From an uncultured delta proteobacterium (GTDB lineage Bacteria; Bdellovibrionota_C; UBA2361; OMII01), in NCBI GenBank assembly GCA_903904735.1, contig CAIVDM010000191.1, positions 1-64,000 on the forward strand: a stretch of DNA of 64,000 nucleotides, written 5' to 3'. Both the position numbers and the translations under genes were made by a program. The notes under the pieces were generated by a model. That model was not told the DNA's origin and ran no database searches. It saw only the letters and a program-made list of their open reading frames with translations. Each line of letters opens with the position of its first letter. Position 1 is the first letter of the stretch. This document shows positions 18,174 through 28,031 of the stretch, piece by piece.

Positions 18174-19142
18174 CTAGGGAACACTCACTGACGACAGCAA
18201 CACTCTAATAACCTCGTCGCTGTCGATGCCCTTTGCTTCAGCCTCAAAGGTTACCAACACCCGATGCCTCAGCACATCGGGCGCGATCTCCTTAACGTCG
18301 TCCGGCGTGACGAATGTTTTGCCTTTGAGGAACGCGAGAGCTCGGGAACAGGTTTTGAGCGCAATGCTGGCGCGGGGGGATGCTCCCCATTCAATAAGGC
18401 CTTTAAGACCGTAGGAGTCTCCAGCTCTCGTGGCGTGAATCAGAGAGACAATGTAACGATCAATCTTCGGATCAGTGTATACCTGCTGCACATGAGAGCG
18501 GAGCCCCGGTAGCGCGCTGATCGGCATGATCTTTGAGAGCACTGGCTGCGAGCTGCGTTCGCGGGAAGCCAGATCGATAATCTCAACCTCTTCATCGAAT
18601 GACGGATACCCGAGCTTCACTTTCATCAAGAATCGGTCGACCTGCGCCTCGGGCAGCGCGTACGTTCCTTCCTGTTCGATCGGATTTTGAGTCGCGAGCA
18701 CCAAGAAGGGCTCGGGCAGCGCGAAGGTTGTCTCGCCGATGGTTACTTCCCGCTCCTGCATCGCTTGCAAAAGCGCTGATTGGACCTTAGCGGGAGCGCG
18801 GTTAATTTCATCCGCTAGCAGTAGGTTCGTAAAGACTGGCCCTTTGCGAGTGACGAAATCTCCGGTCTGAGGGCGGTAGACCTCCGTCCCTATCACGTCT
18901 GACGGAAGCAAGTCGGGAGTGAACTGGATGCGGTTCATCTGAGCGTCGAATACCTGCGTTAACGCGAGTAACGTTCGCGTCTTCGCTAAGCCAGGTACGC
19001 CCTCAAGCAGTATGTGCCCATCAGCGAGAAGAGCTATCAAGAGGCGGTCAAGGAGCCTGTCCTGACCGATGATGTGGCGATGAAGCTCACGCTTGATTGA
19101 TTGAAAAATCTCGGTGGAGGGGGTACTTGAGGTGTTTTCCAT
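18174..19142 (-). CDS. moxR: MoxR-family AAA+ ATPase
   Basis: 'IIGQDRLLDRLLIALLADGHILLEGVPGLAKT' (Walker A of AAA_3). 'LLADEINRAPAKVQSALLQAMQE' (Walker B/sensor). The start was chosen at 'MENTSS' (322 aa, typical length); the track ORF extends to 19313. Confidence 0.85.
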   Translation of the reverse strand: MENTSSTPSTEIFQSIKRELHRHIIGQDRLLDRLLIALLADGHILLEGVPGLAKTRTLLALTQVFDAQMNRIQFTPDLLPSDVIGTEVYRPQTGDFVTRKGPVFTNLLLADEINRAPAKVQSALLQAMQEREVTIGETTFALPEPFLVLATQNPIEQEGTYALPEAQVDRFLMKVKLGYPSFDEEVEIIDLASRERSSQPVLSKIMPISALPGLRSHVQQVYTDPKIDRYIVSLIHATRAGDSYGLKGLIEWGASPRASIALKTCSRALAFLKGKTFVTPDDVKEIAPDVLRHRVLVTFEAEAKGIDSDEVIRVLLSSVSVP

Positions 19143-19290
19143 ACGGGTGGTTCTCTCGGATCGTCGTGCCTGCTCGCCCAAAGCGGTTATTGTGTAAAGT
19201 TGTCGGTACTCTAGCCTCTTTGCCTGATGTTCAAAAGGCATTGTGTGAAGGTGCATTTTGGGAGAATCTATCGAGTGGTGAAGAGCTTCG

Positions 19291-19728
19291 ATGGGAGGAG
19301 TTATGGCGATCAAGATGAATCAACCGATCGGGCCCGCGGTGTATGGTCCAATGATCACTCGTTGTGTCATAGGCGCATATTTCTTGCTGGCGGGAATGAG
19401 TAAGTTGCAGATGCTCGCCGCCTTTGTAGCTCAAGTTAAGACGTTCTCGGTTCTTCCTGATAACTTCTCGTCTCTTTATGGCGTGTTGCTTCCATACGCT
19501 GAGATTTTCGTCGGTGGGGCACTGATTTTGGGTCTTTGGACTACCATGGTGGGCATGATGGCGAGCTTCCTCTTAGTCTCGTTTATATGCGCTTTCGGGG
19601 TGTTTCCTGGGTCGACCGATATTTTCAACAAAGATTTGGTGCTGTTGGCGGCGACGATAGGGCTCCTGTACACGGGACCCGGAGCCTACGCCGTTGATGG
19701 TATGCGTAAGCCGCTGCCGCAAGCCTAA
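19291..19728 (+). CDS. DoxX-family membrane protein
   Basis: 145 aa, four hydrophobic helices, 'CVIGAYFLLAGMSKL' pattern of DoxX. Confidence 0.55.
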   Translation: MGGVMAIKMNQPIGPAVYGPMITRCVIGAYFLLAGMSKLQMLAAFVAQVKTFSVLPDNFSSLYGVLLPYAEIFVGGALILGLWTTMVGMMASFLLVSFICAFGVFPGSTDIFNKDLVLLAATIGLLYTGPGAYAVDGMRKPLPQA

Positions 19729-19743
19729 CAAGTAGTCATTTGA

Positions 19744-20715
19744 GTGTCTCGTCGTCGCATTTCGGTACAAACAGCCCTTAAGCAGTCCATTGAGCGTGGA
19801 GCGAAGCTTCTTGTCGCCGTGTCGGGCGGAAAGGACTCCATAACGCTTTTACACGGACTTTTGTCGATTCAACGGCTCCTGGGGCTGACGATAGAGGTGT
19901 GTCACGTTGACCATAGATTACGGCCGGATAGTGGCCGCGACGCTGAGTTCGTTCGCGGTCTTTGCGCGCATGCGGGGGTCGAATGTCACATTGTTACGTT
20001 GGAGAGTAGGCCGTCGGGGGAAAATCTTGAGGCGTGGGCGAGGGACCGCCGCTATCAGGCGTTTTCTGAAGTTTTACGCCGTCGGGGCTTGGATGTTGTC
20101 GTGACCGCCCATAACGCCAATGATGTCGCCGAGACGCTTCTGATGAGACTTATCGCCAACAAGGAGCTTAATACCATCGAATACTCCGATCCGGTTCGCG
20201 GCTGCCTTCGACCACTCATCACAGTGTCGCGCCAGCAGATTGAAGAGTATGTTCTCGCTCATGCTCTTGAGTTTGTTGACGACCCTTCGAATTCTGACGT
20301 GTCCTTTGTTCGCAACCGTGTGCGCGCTGAGTTGATCCCGTTACTTAGCGAGCGCTTTGACCCGTCCATCGCCTGGATTTTATCAGAGCAGGCGAGGGTG
20401 GTCGCCGAGGATTGCGAGGGACTACAGGAGATTGCCGGAGTCGCGGCCGCTACGGTGGGGCCCCTCGAGGAGCGAAGCCAGGCATGGTTGGCGCGCCTCC
20501 ATAAGGTCTTTGGCCAAAACCCCCCAGCGGTTAGATGGCGCATCGTGCAGGCGATCTTCGCTCCATTTCTCGGTTTTACGGTGGGAGTTCACAAGGCGAA
20601 AGCGATTTTGGACGTTCTTGAGGCCATGGAGGGGGTCATTCAGCTCGGACCATCCGTTAGTCTTGTGGTTTCCAAAGGGGAAGCGTGGTTAGAGCGCGTG
20701 GCCTCGGGGGACTAG
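19744..20715 (+). CDS. tilS: tRNA(Ile)-lysidine synthetase
   Basis: PP-loop 'LLVAVSGGKDSITLLH'. Located immediately upstream of ftsH, as is typical. Confidence 0.85.
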   Translation: MSRRRISVQTALKQSIERGAKLLVAVSGGKDSITLLHGLLSIQRLLGLTIEVCHVDHRLRPDSGRDAEFVRGLCAHAGVECHIVTLESRPSGENLEAWARDRRYQAFSEVLRRRGLDVVVTAHNANDVAETLLMRLIANKELNTIEYSDPVRGCLRPLITVSRQQIEEYVLAHALEFVDDPSNSDVSFVRNRVRAELIPLLSERFDPSIAWILSEQARVVAEDCEGLQEIAGVAAATVGPLEERSQAWLARLHKVFGQNPPAVRWRIVQAIFAPFLGFTVGVHKAKAILDVLEAMEGVIQLGPSVSLVVSKGEAWLERVASGD

Positions 20716-20899
20716 GATGCCGAACCTGGCGGCATTTTTACATTTTTTGCTAATTAAACGGTGCCCGCCAGGTCTCTTTTGGGTATAGTATCGGGGTTGT
20801 CATCGATAGGCCCTGTTGGGTTTGGCGTGCGTTGTTACGCTGGTGATATTAAGCCCTCCGCCATGAAGGCGGTAGTGGATACGTGATTAAGGTGTCCTC

Positions 20900-22765
20900 T
20901 TGACGAAGAACGGATTATTTTGGGTTTTCTTAGTGCTGCTTTCCTTGATGGGATACAGCCTGGCGAAGAGTAAGACTGATTACGCCACGCATCTGACGTA
21001 TAGCGACTTCCTGCAGCAAGTCGAGAGCGGTGATGTTCGTGCGGTGCGCATTGAAGGTAGCACCATTGTCGGCGAATACAAGGATAAGGGTGGGGAGTTT
21101 CGAAAGTTTAAAACCACCACTCCTCCACAAGATGAGTCGCTTATTCCTCTCTTAAGGAAGAGTTCGGTTGATATCGAGGTCACTGACCCGGGAGATCAGT
21201 CCTCGTATATGCTGTTTTTATTGAACGTACTGCCGATACTCTTCTTCGTTGGGTTATGGTTCTTCTTCTGGCGCCAAGTACAGATGGGCGCGGGCAAGGG
21301 TATGAGCTTCGGTAAATCACGAGCGAAACTTTTGACCGAAAGTTCCCAAAAAGTGACGTTCGCGGATGTCGCCGGAATCGATGAGGCGCGCGGCGAGCTC
21401 GAGGAGATTATCGATTTCCTGAAGGACCCAAAGAAGTTTACGAAGCTAGGCGGAAGAATTCCAAAGGGCGTGCTTCTGATCGGTTCACCGGGTACCGGAA
21501 AGACTTTGCTGGCGAAAGCTATCGCTGGTGAGGCAGGGGTTCCCTTCTTTAGCATCTCAGGGTCCGACTTCGTCGAGATGTTCGTCGGAGTGGGCGCTTC
21601 ACGTGTTCGTGATCTTTTCATACAGGGTAAGAAGAACGCGCCATGCATCATATTTATCGATGAGATCGACGCGGTAGGTCGACACCGTGGCGCCGGTATG
21701 GGTGGCGGGCACGATGAGCGTGAGCAGACACTTAATCAGCTTCTGGTAGAGATGGATGGTTTTGAGAGCAATGAGGGTGTGATCCTTATCGCCGCGACTA
21801 ACCGACCAGATGTTCTTGACCCGGCGCTCTTGCGCCCAGGTCGGTTTGACCGACGAGTTGTTGTTCCCCGACCGGACCTAAAGGGAAGATTGGGAATCTT
21901 GCGCGTTCACACGAAGAAGGTGCCAGTCGGGCCGGATGTGGATCTAAACATAATAGCTCGAGGAACCCCTGGGTTCTCGGGAGCGGATCTAGAGATACTT
22001 GTTAACGAGGCGGCGTTGTATGCCGCACGCAAAGACAAGTCGGTAGTAGAGCGATCTGACTTCGAGTACGCGAAAGATAAGGTAATGATGGGGGCCGAGA
22101 GACGTTCGATGCTTCTATCAGAGAAAGAGAAGTTAACGACGGCATACCATGAGTCAGGGCATGCTCTTGTAGCCAAGAAGCTCCCGAACGCTGATCCGGT
22201 GCACAAGCTCACGATCGTTCCGCGTGGTATGGCGCTTGGGCTAATGCAGCAGCTTCCAGAAGCTGATAAGCATACCTATTCGAAGTCATACTGGATGGAC
22301 CAGCTGGCGGTCTTCTTCGGAGGGCGTGTGGCTGAGGAGCTCGTGTTCGATGAGATGAATACGGGAGCAAGCTCAGATATACAGAGAGCTACGGAAATAG
22401 CGCGCCGAATGGTGTGTGAGTGGGGGATGAGCACCGCTTTGGGGCCGATTCACTATGACTCTAAGGAGGAGCACGTCTTCCTAGGGCGTGATATTGGGAA
22501 ACCACGAGAACACTCAGAAGCGATCCAGCTAGAAATAGACCAGGAGGTAAAGCGTATTCTTGAGAGTCAGTACAACGTGGCGAGAAAGATTGTCGCGGAC
22601 CATCTGGATATGCTCCACAACCTGTCTAAGGCTGTGATGGAGCGAGAGACCCTCGATTCCGATGATATCGAGCGGATCCTCAAGGGCGAAACTCTTACTC
22701 CAGGGCCAAAGGGAGGTCCGTCCAACGGTGGGGAATCCTCAGGAGGTGTGTCTGTCGCCGCCTAG
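20900..22765 (+). CDS. ftsH: ATP-dependent zinc metalloprotease FtsH
   Basis: Two N-terminal TMs. AAA '[23 protein letters not shown]' and '[15 protein letters not shown]'. Zinc site 'HESGHALVA'. A TTG start is the only in-frame start after the upstream stop. Confidence 0.95.
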   Translation: MTKNGLFWVFLVLLSLMGYSLAKSKTDYATHLTYSDFLQQVESGDVRAVRIEGSTIVGEYKDKGGEFRKFKTTTPPQDESLIPLLRKSSVDIEVTDPGDQSSYMLFLLNVLPILFFVGLWFFFWRQVQMGAGKGMSFGKSRAKLLTESSQKVTFADVAGIDEARGELEEIIDFLKDPKKFTKLGGRIPKGVLLIGSPGTGKTLLAKAIAGEAGVPFFSISGSDFVEMFVGVGASRVRDLFIQGKKNAPCIIFIDEIDAVGRHRGAGMGGGHDEREQTLNQLLVEMDGFESNEGVILIAATNRPDVLDPALLRPGRFDRRVVVPRPDLKGRLGILRVHTKKVPVGPDVDLNIIARGTPGFSGADLEILVNEAALYAARKDKSVVERSDFEYAKDKVMMGAERRSMLLSEKEKLTTAYHESGHALVAKKLPNADPVHKLTIVPRGMALGLMQQLPEADKHTYSKSYWMDQLAVFFGGRVAEELVFDEMNTGASSDIQRATEIARRMVCEWGMSTALGPIHYDSKEEHVFLGRDIGKPREHSEAIQLEIDQEVKRILESQYNVARKIVADHLDMLHNLSKAVMERETLDSDDIERILKGETLTPGPKGGPSNGGESSGGVSVAA

Positions 22766-22823
22766 GTACGGGATCGATCGCCGGGCCGTTGCGATTGTGT
22801 CGACGATGTCCCGGATATGAACC

Positions 22824-23630
22824 ATGGACTTTCAATCGCTAAGCGCTAATAGGTTGTTTCCGCTCGTCGTCAAGGCGATCGACATCGGTATAGTGTGGTA
22901 TCTAGTATACCGCGGCTTACTCGTTATTCGAGGTACCCGAGCTGTGCCGATGTTGCTCGGCCTAGCGCTAATCGCGGTAGTTTATTTCGTGGCGCAGCCG
23001 CTCGGACTGACCACACTCGCGTGGATCATTGATAATTTCCTCAGCTCAATCATCCTTGTAATCGTGGTGATTTTCCAGGACGAGATTCGCAGGACGTTGA
23101 CGAAAGTGGGAGTGCAACCGTTTCTTTTCAAAAACGCCCGGCTCGACGCGCCTAATATGTTTGAAGAGATATCCATCGCGGTTAGTCGCCTCGCGAAGGC
23201 GAAGCTCGGCAGTATTGTCGTGCTCGAGCGAGAGGTCGGACTCGATGAATTCATTGAAAAAGGTGTGGTGCTCGACGCACGCCTCAGTCGAAAATTGTTA
23301 TACAGTATTTTTGTCAAGGAGACTCCTCTTCACGATGGGGCGGTAATCGTGCAACGAGGAACGATTAAGGCTGCTGGTTGTGTGCTTCCGTTGAGCTCGA
23401 ATCCCGATCTAGACCCTGGTTTTGGGACGCGCCATCGCGCGGCCGTAGGTTTGACAGAACGCTCCGATGCCATGGTGATCGTAGTATCTGAGGAGTCTGG
23501 TTCAATTACGTTGTTCATAGACGGCAAACAGTATCGAAATCTCGATGCCGTGGCGTTGCAGGCTTTGCTTGAATCGCATTCTAACCAGCGGTCGCAACGT
23601 AAAGGCGCGGAAGGTAGGCCTTTGTTATGA
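22824..23630 (+). CDS. cdaA: Diadenylate cyclase CdaA (membrane-anchored DAC domain)
   Basis: Three N-terminal TMs. DAC motifs 'TPLHDGAVIVQ' (DGA) and 'GTRHRAAVGLTERSDAMVIVVSEESGSITL' (RHR). Confidence 0.9.
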   Translation: MDFQSLSANRLFPLVVKAIDIGIVWYLVYRGLLVIRGTRAVPMLLGLALIAVVYFVAQPLGLTTLAWIIDNFLSSIILVIVVIFQDEIRRTLTKVGVQPFLFKNARLDAPNMFEEISIAVSRLAKAKLGSIVVLEREVGLDEFIEKGVVLDARLSRKLLYSIFVKETPLHDGAVIVQRGTIKAAGCVLPLSSNPDLDPGFGTRHRAAVGLTERSDAMVIVVSEESGSITLFIDGKQYRNLDAVALQALLESHSNQRSQRKGAEGRPLL

Positions 23631-24562
23631 CCCGCAATTTTCCTCTAAAGGCGCTATCGTTTTTAATCGCGCTGTTATTAGCGTATGCCGTGCATAGCGC
23701 GGGCAACGCTAGTGTTGTCAGTTTGTTCGTTCCGCTTGAGGTAAAGAACGCTCCCGAGGATAAGGTCCTCGTAAAACCTACAAAAAGAGGTGTGCAAGTT
23801 ACCCTCAAGGGACCTTCGTTTTTGGTAGGGCCCCTCGCGTCGTCGCCGCCCGCTCTGCAAGCGAGACTACCGGATAACGTGGACGATAGAGTTATCGTGT
23901 CCTTGAAGGCCAGTGATATCTCTCTACCTCATTCAGTGGAAGTGCTTAGTATTGAGCCGCAGCAGGTAGAGCTTTTTTTTGATTCAATCGAGAGGCGAGA
24001 GGTCAAAATCGAGGTCCCACGTTTCGGGCAGTTGGCTTCCTCTCTCGTGCTTGAGGGAATTGAGGTAACTCCAAAGACCGTTACCGTGAAGGGGCCGAGA
24101 TCAGAGGTCAAGCAGTTGAAGGCGATAGAAACAGAGCCAGTCAACGTGAGCGAGATTTCTCAGACCACCGAGTTGACGAGACAGTTGAGAAGTCCAGGCT
24201 CGTCGATTAGTTTATCAAGCTCGTCGGTGACAGCGCGAGTTATGGTGGGACAAATACCCTCGCAGCTCCAGTTTTTGGCCAGACCGGTCGAGGTGAGAAT
24301 CTCCCGTGGTTTGGGAAGTTTTGTTGTCGACCCGAGCGAGGTTTCTGTCACCGTGTCTGGTCCGCCGGAGAAGATCATGAAGTTCTCGGCGAGCGATGTT
24401 ATCCCATATGTCCGTATGAGCGAACTTCCGAAAGATTTGTCGGCGAAGCTCAAAGTTCAGGCGGATGTCCCGGAATCAGTCAAGGTGCTGGCGATCGATC
24501 CGCCGGTAGTGGCTATTCAACGGTTCGCGCTGACTGAGACACGAAAAGTTGGGAAGCGATAG
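23627..24562 (+). CDS. cdaR: CdaR/YbbR-like regulator of CdaA (YbbR repeat protein)
   Basis: ATGA overlap with cdaA. N-terminal signal/TM. Repeated beta-rich YbbR-like segments. Conserved cdaA-cdaR-glmM gene order. Confidence 0.6.
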   Translation: MTRNFPLKALSFLIALLLAYAVHSAGNASVVSLFVPLEVKNAPEDKVLVKPTKRGVQVTLKGPSFLVGPLASSPPALQARLPDNVDDRVIVSLKASDISLPHSVEVLSIEPQQVELFFDSIERREVKIEVPRFGQLASSLVLEGIEVTPKTVTVKGPRSEVKQLKAIETEPVNVSEISQTTELTRQLRSPGSSISLSSSSVTARVMVGQIPSQLQFLARPVEVRISRGLGSFVVDPSEVSVTVSGPPEKIMKFSASDVIPYVRMSELPKDLSAKLKVQADVPESVKVLAIDPPVVAIQRFALTETRKVGKR

Positions 24563-24599
24563 GTGGGATAGCTGAGGCATCATCGATAAGGAAGGATTT

Positions 24600-25964
24600 A
24601 TGAACGCTAGAAGGCAGTATTTTGGGACAGACGGTATTCGAGGTGTGGCAGGCGCGGCCCCGCTAGACCCTGAGACCTTGGTGAGGTTAGGCAAGGCTGT
24701 CGCTAGGATCTTCACACGGGATGGCAAGAGAGCCCGTATATTGTTGGCCAAGGATACGCGGCTTTCCGGGTATATGATCGAAAGCTCACTAGCGGCCGGA
24801 ATTACCGCGATGGGCGCGGATCTTATGTTATGCGGTCCGGTGCCTACTCCAGGTGTGGCCTATCTCACCAAAAGCATGCGGGCGGACGCGGGAATAGTTA
24901 TATCGGCCTCTCATAATTCGTTTGAGGATAATGGAATAAAAATATTCGGCGCTGATGGGTTCAAGTTGCCCGACGAGCTAGAGCTTCAGGTCGAGGAATT
25001 GCTTGATCCAGGTGTTCTAGACGGTAAGACCGCTGATGCCGGAACGATCGGGAAAGCCTACCGAATCGATGATGCGATTGGTCGATATACTGTGTTTCTC
25101 AAGGAGAATTTTCCACGCGAGCTGTCTTTAGAAGGTGTGAAGGTTGGCGTCGATTGCGCTAACGGGGCGGCGTATGTAGTTGGTCCGCAGACAATGACTG
25201 AGCTCGGCGCCGAGGTTGTTTCTCGAGGAGTTAGTCCCACCGGTAAAAATATCAATGCGGGGTTCGGTAGCCTCTATCCAGACGTGGTCGCTAAGCTCGT
25301 TGTTGAACAGAATTTGCATCTCGGTGTCGCGCTGGATGGAGATGCGGATAGATGCATCCTCGTAGATGAAAAGGGACGCATTCTGGATGGTGATATCCTC
25401 TTGGCGATCTGCGCCTTGGATATGAAGGCCCGCGGAGTGCTGCGACGGGATCTGGTTGTGGCGACTGTCATGTCGAACCTTGGGTTGGATACGCTGCTAA
25501 ATTCGCACGGTATTCGAGTAGTGAGAACTGGTGTTGGAGACAGGGCGGTTCTCGAGGAGATGATTCGTCAGGGCGGACAGTTGGGAGGCGAACAATCGGG
25601 GCACACTATCTTCTCCGATATCTCCACCACGGGAGATGGATTGCTCACGGCGCTCATGGTGATGGCGATTATGGGCCGCCAAGGTAAGCCGCTCTCAGAG
25701 TTGGCAGCCGCTTGTATCACGTTTCCGCAGAAGTTGATCAACGTGAAGGTGTCGAGCAAGCCGCCACTTGATTCGATTCCTGCTATATCCAAAGCCATAG
25801 AGCGCAAAGAGAAGGAGCTTGGGACGCGTGGACGCGTACTAGTTCGCTATTCTGGGACCGAGAACAAAGCGCGAGTAATGGTCGAGTGTGAGGATGAAGT
25901 CTCGTGTAAGAAGCACGCTGAGGAGCTGGCGGAGCTTTTGGAGAAGGAGTTGGGTGCTGTGTGA
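24600..25964 (+). CDS. glmM: Phosphoglucosamine mutase
   Basis: Active-site serine loop 'ISASHNSFEDNGIKIFG'; 'GVDCANGAAY'; 454 aa. Confidence 0.9.
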   Translation: MNARRQYFGTDGIRGVAGAAPLDPETLVRLGKAVARIFTRDGKRARILLAKDTRLSGYMIESSLAAGITAMGADLMLCGPVPTPGVAYLTKSMRADAGIVISASHNSFEDNGIKIFGADGFKLPDELELQVEELLDPGVLDGKTADAGTIGKAYRIDDAIGRYTVFLKENFPRELSLEGVKVGVDCANGAAYVVGPQTMTELGAEVVSRGVSPTGKNINAGFGSLYPDVVAKLVVEQNLHLGVALDGDADRCILVDEKGRILDGDILLAICALDMKARGVLRRDLVVATVMSNLGLDTLLNSHGIRVVRTGVGDRAVLEEMIRQGGQLGGEQSGHTIFSDISTTGDGLLTALMVMAIMGRQGKPLSELAAACITFPQKLINVKVSSKPPLDSIPAISKAIERKEKELGTRGRVLVRYSGTENKARVMVECEDEVSCKKHAEELAELLEKELGAV

Positions 25965-27571
25965 CCGAATACCCAAGAGGTAATTTTGGAGATATTCGAG
26001 TAGGTTCCGACTCTCCATGGTTCGCGCCCTCCACGGAGGAGATGTCGCTCATGGATCGTTTGACGATCGAGGGGGGTGTTTCGGAGAACTCTCTGATGGA
26101 GAGAGCGGGTAAAGAGATCGCCCAGGTGATTATTGAGCGATATCCTGAAGCGCGAAAGTTTCTGGTTCTTTGTGGTCCGGGTAATAACGGCGGCGATGGT
26201 TTCGTAACGGCCAGGCTACTGCGAGCCTCGGGACGCGAGGTTCGCGTTGTTTTGGTCGCCTCGGAGCGCTACTCGGAAGAGTGCGCACGACAAATAAAAG
26301 CTCAGGGCAAAGTTTCAGTCTTCGGTTCAGGAGCGAAGCCTGCGGTGACTCCATCGATTGCGCTTGAGGATGTCTCGGCTGATGACGTTGAGAGGTTCGT
26401 GGCCGATAGTGAGATAGTTGTTGACGCGCTGTTAGGAACGGGTCAGCGCTCAAGTCCGAGACGCGATATTGGAGCGCTGATACAGATAGTCGAGAAGTGT
26501 CGGGGTGCTAGCGGACGCTTTTGTGTTGTTTCGATCGATATTCCAACCGGTATTGACGCGGATACTGGGCAGACGTTCTCGCCTCATATTACGGCGGACC
26601 TGACAGTTTGTGTCGAACATATAAAGCGCGGACTGCTCCAATTTCCAGCTCGCCTTATGAGTGGCGCTATCAAGACAGTCTCCATTGGCATCGCGCGTAG
26701 CTCAGAGACTGAATTCCAGATTTTGGAAGGTCAAAACTTACCTGTGCTTGGTGCTCGTAGAGCGGACGCGCATAAGGGTGATTTTGGACGGATTGCGGTG
26801 GTTGGTGGATCCGTCGGAATGCCCGGCGCGCCACTTCTTACCGCGTTAGGCGCGTTACGCGCGGGCGCCGGGCTCGTCTCACGGGTGGTAAAACGAAGCT
26901 GGTCGGATTCCTCTGGATTGCCAGAGTGTATGCTGAGTGTTCTGTCTCGTGATGGTGATTGCTTTACTGGCGAGGACGCTCAGGAGGTGCTTGAGCTTCT
27001 TGGGGGATTTGACGTTATTGTTCTTGGTCCTGGGATGGGTGTAGGGCGAGGTGCGGATGAGTTCTTGAGTCAGTTGTGCGATGGTCTCCGGCTTCTTGGA
27101 AAACGCGCCGTGTTCGACGCCGATGCTCTCAACGTACTATCGCGCGTCGGCATCTCGCTCGCAGGTATCGACGCTGTGATTACGCCGCATCCGGGGGAGG
27201 CGAGTCGAATGCTACAACGTCCGACCTTAGCGCTTCAGGCGAATCGATTCCAGGCGGTCAGGGAGCTTTGGGAGAGGTATGGGGCGGTGTCAGTGCTTAA
27301 AGGTGCTGGCACGCTCGTGTTCGGCCCTCAAGGAGGTCGGATTGTATGTCGAGGTACCCCCTATCTGGCGACGGCTGGAAGTGGGGATGTTTTGGCCGGT
27401 ATAATCGCCGCCTGTTGTGCTAGGTTCGAGTCGATGTTCGACGCGGCGTGTTTTGGGACCTGGGTGCACGCTGTGGCAGGAATCGTCGCCAGTGAGCATA
27501 GTGGCGGCCCTGTGCTAGCGTCGGATGTCGCGCATGTAGCCTCGGCTATTATTGGAGATCTCGAACGATGA
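25961..27571 (+). CDS. nnr: Bifunctional NAD(P)H-hydrate epimerase/dehydratase
   Basis: YjeF-N 'LVLCGPGNNGGDGFVTARLL'. Carbohydrate-kinase-like C-terminal domain 'KGDFGRIAVVGGSVGMPGAPLLTALGALRAGAG ... GSGDVLAG'. Confidence 0.85.
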   Translation: MTEYPRGNFGDIRVGSDSPWFAPSTEEMSLMDRLTIEGGVSENSLMERAGKEIAQVIIERYPEARKFLVLCGPGNNGGDGFVTARLLRASGREVRVVLVASERYSEECARQIKAQGKVSVFGSGAKPAVTPSIALEDVSADDVERFVADSEIVVDALLGTGQRSSPRRDIGALIQIVEKCRGASGRFCVVSIDIPTGIDADTGQTFSPHITADLTVCVEHIKRGLLQFPARLMSGAIKTVSIGIARSSETEFQILEGQNLPVLGARRADAHKGDFGRIAVVGGSVGMPGAPLLTALGALRAGAGLVSRVVKRSWSDSSGLPECMLSVLSRDGDCFTGEDAQEVLELLGGFDVIVLGPGMGVGRGADEFLSQLCDGLRLLGKRAVFDADALNVLSRVGISLAGIDAVITPHPGEASRMLQRPTLALQANRFQAVRELWERYGAVSVLKGAGTLVFGPQGGRIVCRGTPYLATAGSGDVLAGIIAACCARFESMFDAACFGTWVHAVAGIVASEHSGGPVLASDVAHVASAIIGDLER

Positions 27572-28026
27572 TAAAAGTTGTGTTGAATAGCGAGGCTGAT
27601 ACTGAGGTGCTCGCCAGAGATCTCGCCAAGGTTCTGCGACCGGGGGAATCAATAGGCTTGTCCGGAGATCTCGGCGCTGGCAAGACGACTTTTGTGAGAT
27701 ATGTGATTGGAGCGATGGGCGGAGATATTCAAGAAGTTTCATCTCCGTCGTACACGCTTCAGCACGAGTATAAACTTCCAGCGGATCTTCTTGTCGAGCA
27801 TTGGGACCTCTATCGACTTAGGGACCTCCCAGAGGAGCTGCGAGAGCCGACAAGTTCGAGTTCGATTCGCTTTCTTGAGTGGCCAGAGCGTTGTCCAGGT
27901 CTTTCTCAGGATTTAGATTTTCACTGTCAATTTTCGCTTTGTGGCGATGGTTCGCGCGAGGTGGTTATAGCAGGCGCCGATATCGATGTCCGTCTAGCAT
28001 CGGTCGGTGTGCGAGGGGTGCCGTAG
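27568..28026 (+). CDS. tsaE: tRNA threonylcarbamoyladenosine biosynthesis protein TsaE
   Basis: 'GESIGLSGDLGAGKTTFVRYV' (P-loop of YjeE/TsaE); about 150 aa; ATGA overlap with nnr. Confidence 0.85.
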   Translation: MIKVVLNSEADTEVLARDLAKVLRPGESIGLSGDLGAGKTTFVRYVIGAMGGDIQEVSSPSYTLQHEYKLPADLLVEHWDLYRLRDLPEELREPTSSSSIRFLEWPERCPGLSQDLDFHCQFSLCGDGSREVVIAGADIDVRLASVGVRGVP

Positions 28027-28031
28027 TGCTA

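Noticed and set aside
19143-19313. 57-aa N-terminal extension of MoxR
   Set aside because: MoxR ATPases are ~320 aa and the Walker A begins ~35 aa after 'MENTSS'. The longer start would overlap the divergent doxX start region.
27879-28031. N-terminal extension of aspartate kinase overlapping tsaE by ~150 nt
   Set aside because: The extension is Arg-rich and overlaps the well-supported tsaE in another frame. The ATG at 28032 gives the canonical 'MTES..VVMKFGGTSV' N-terminus right after the tsaE stop.
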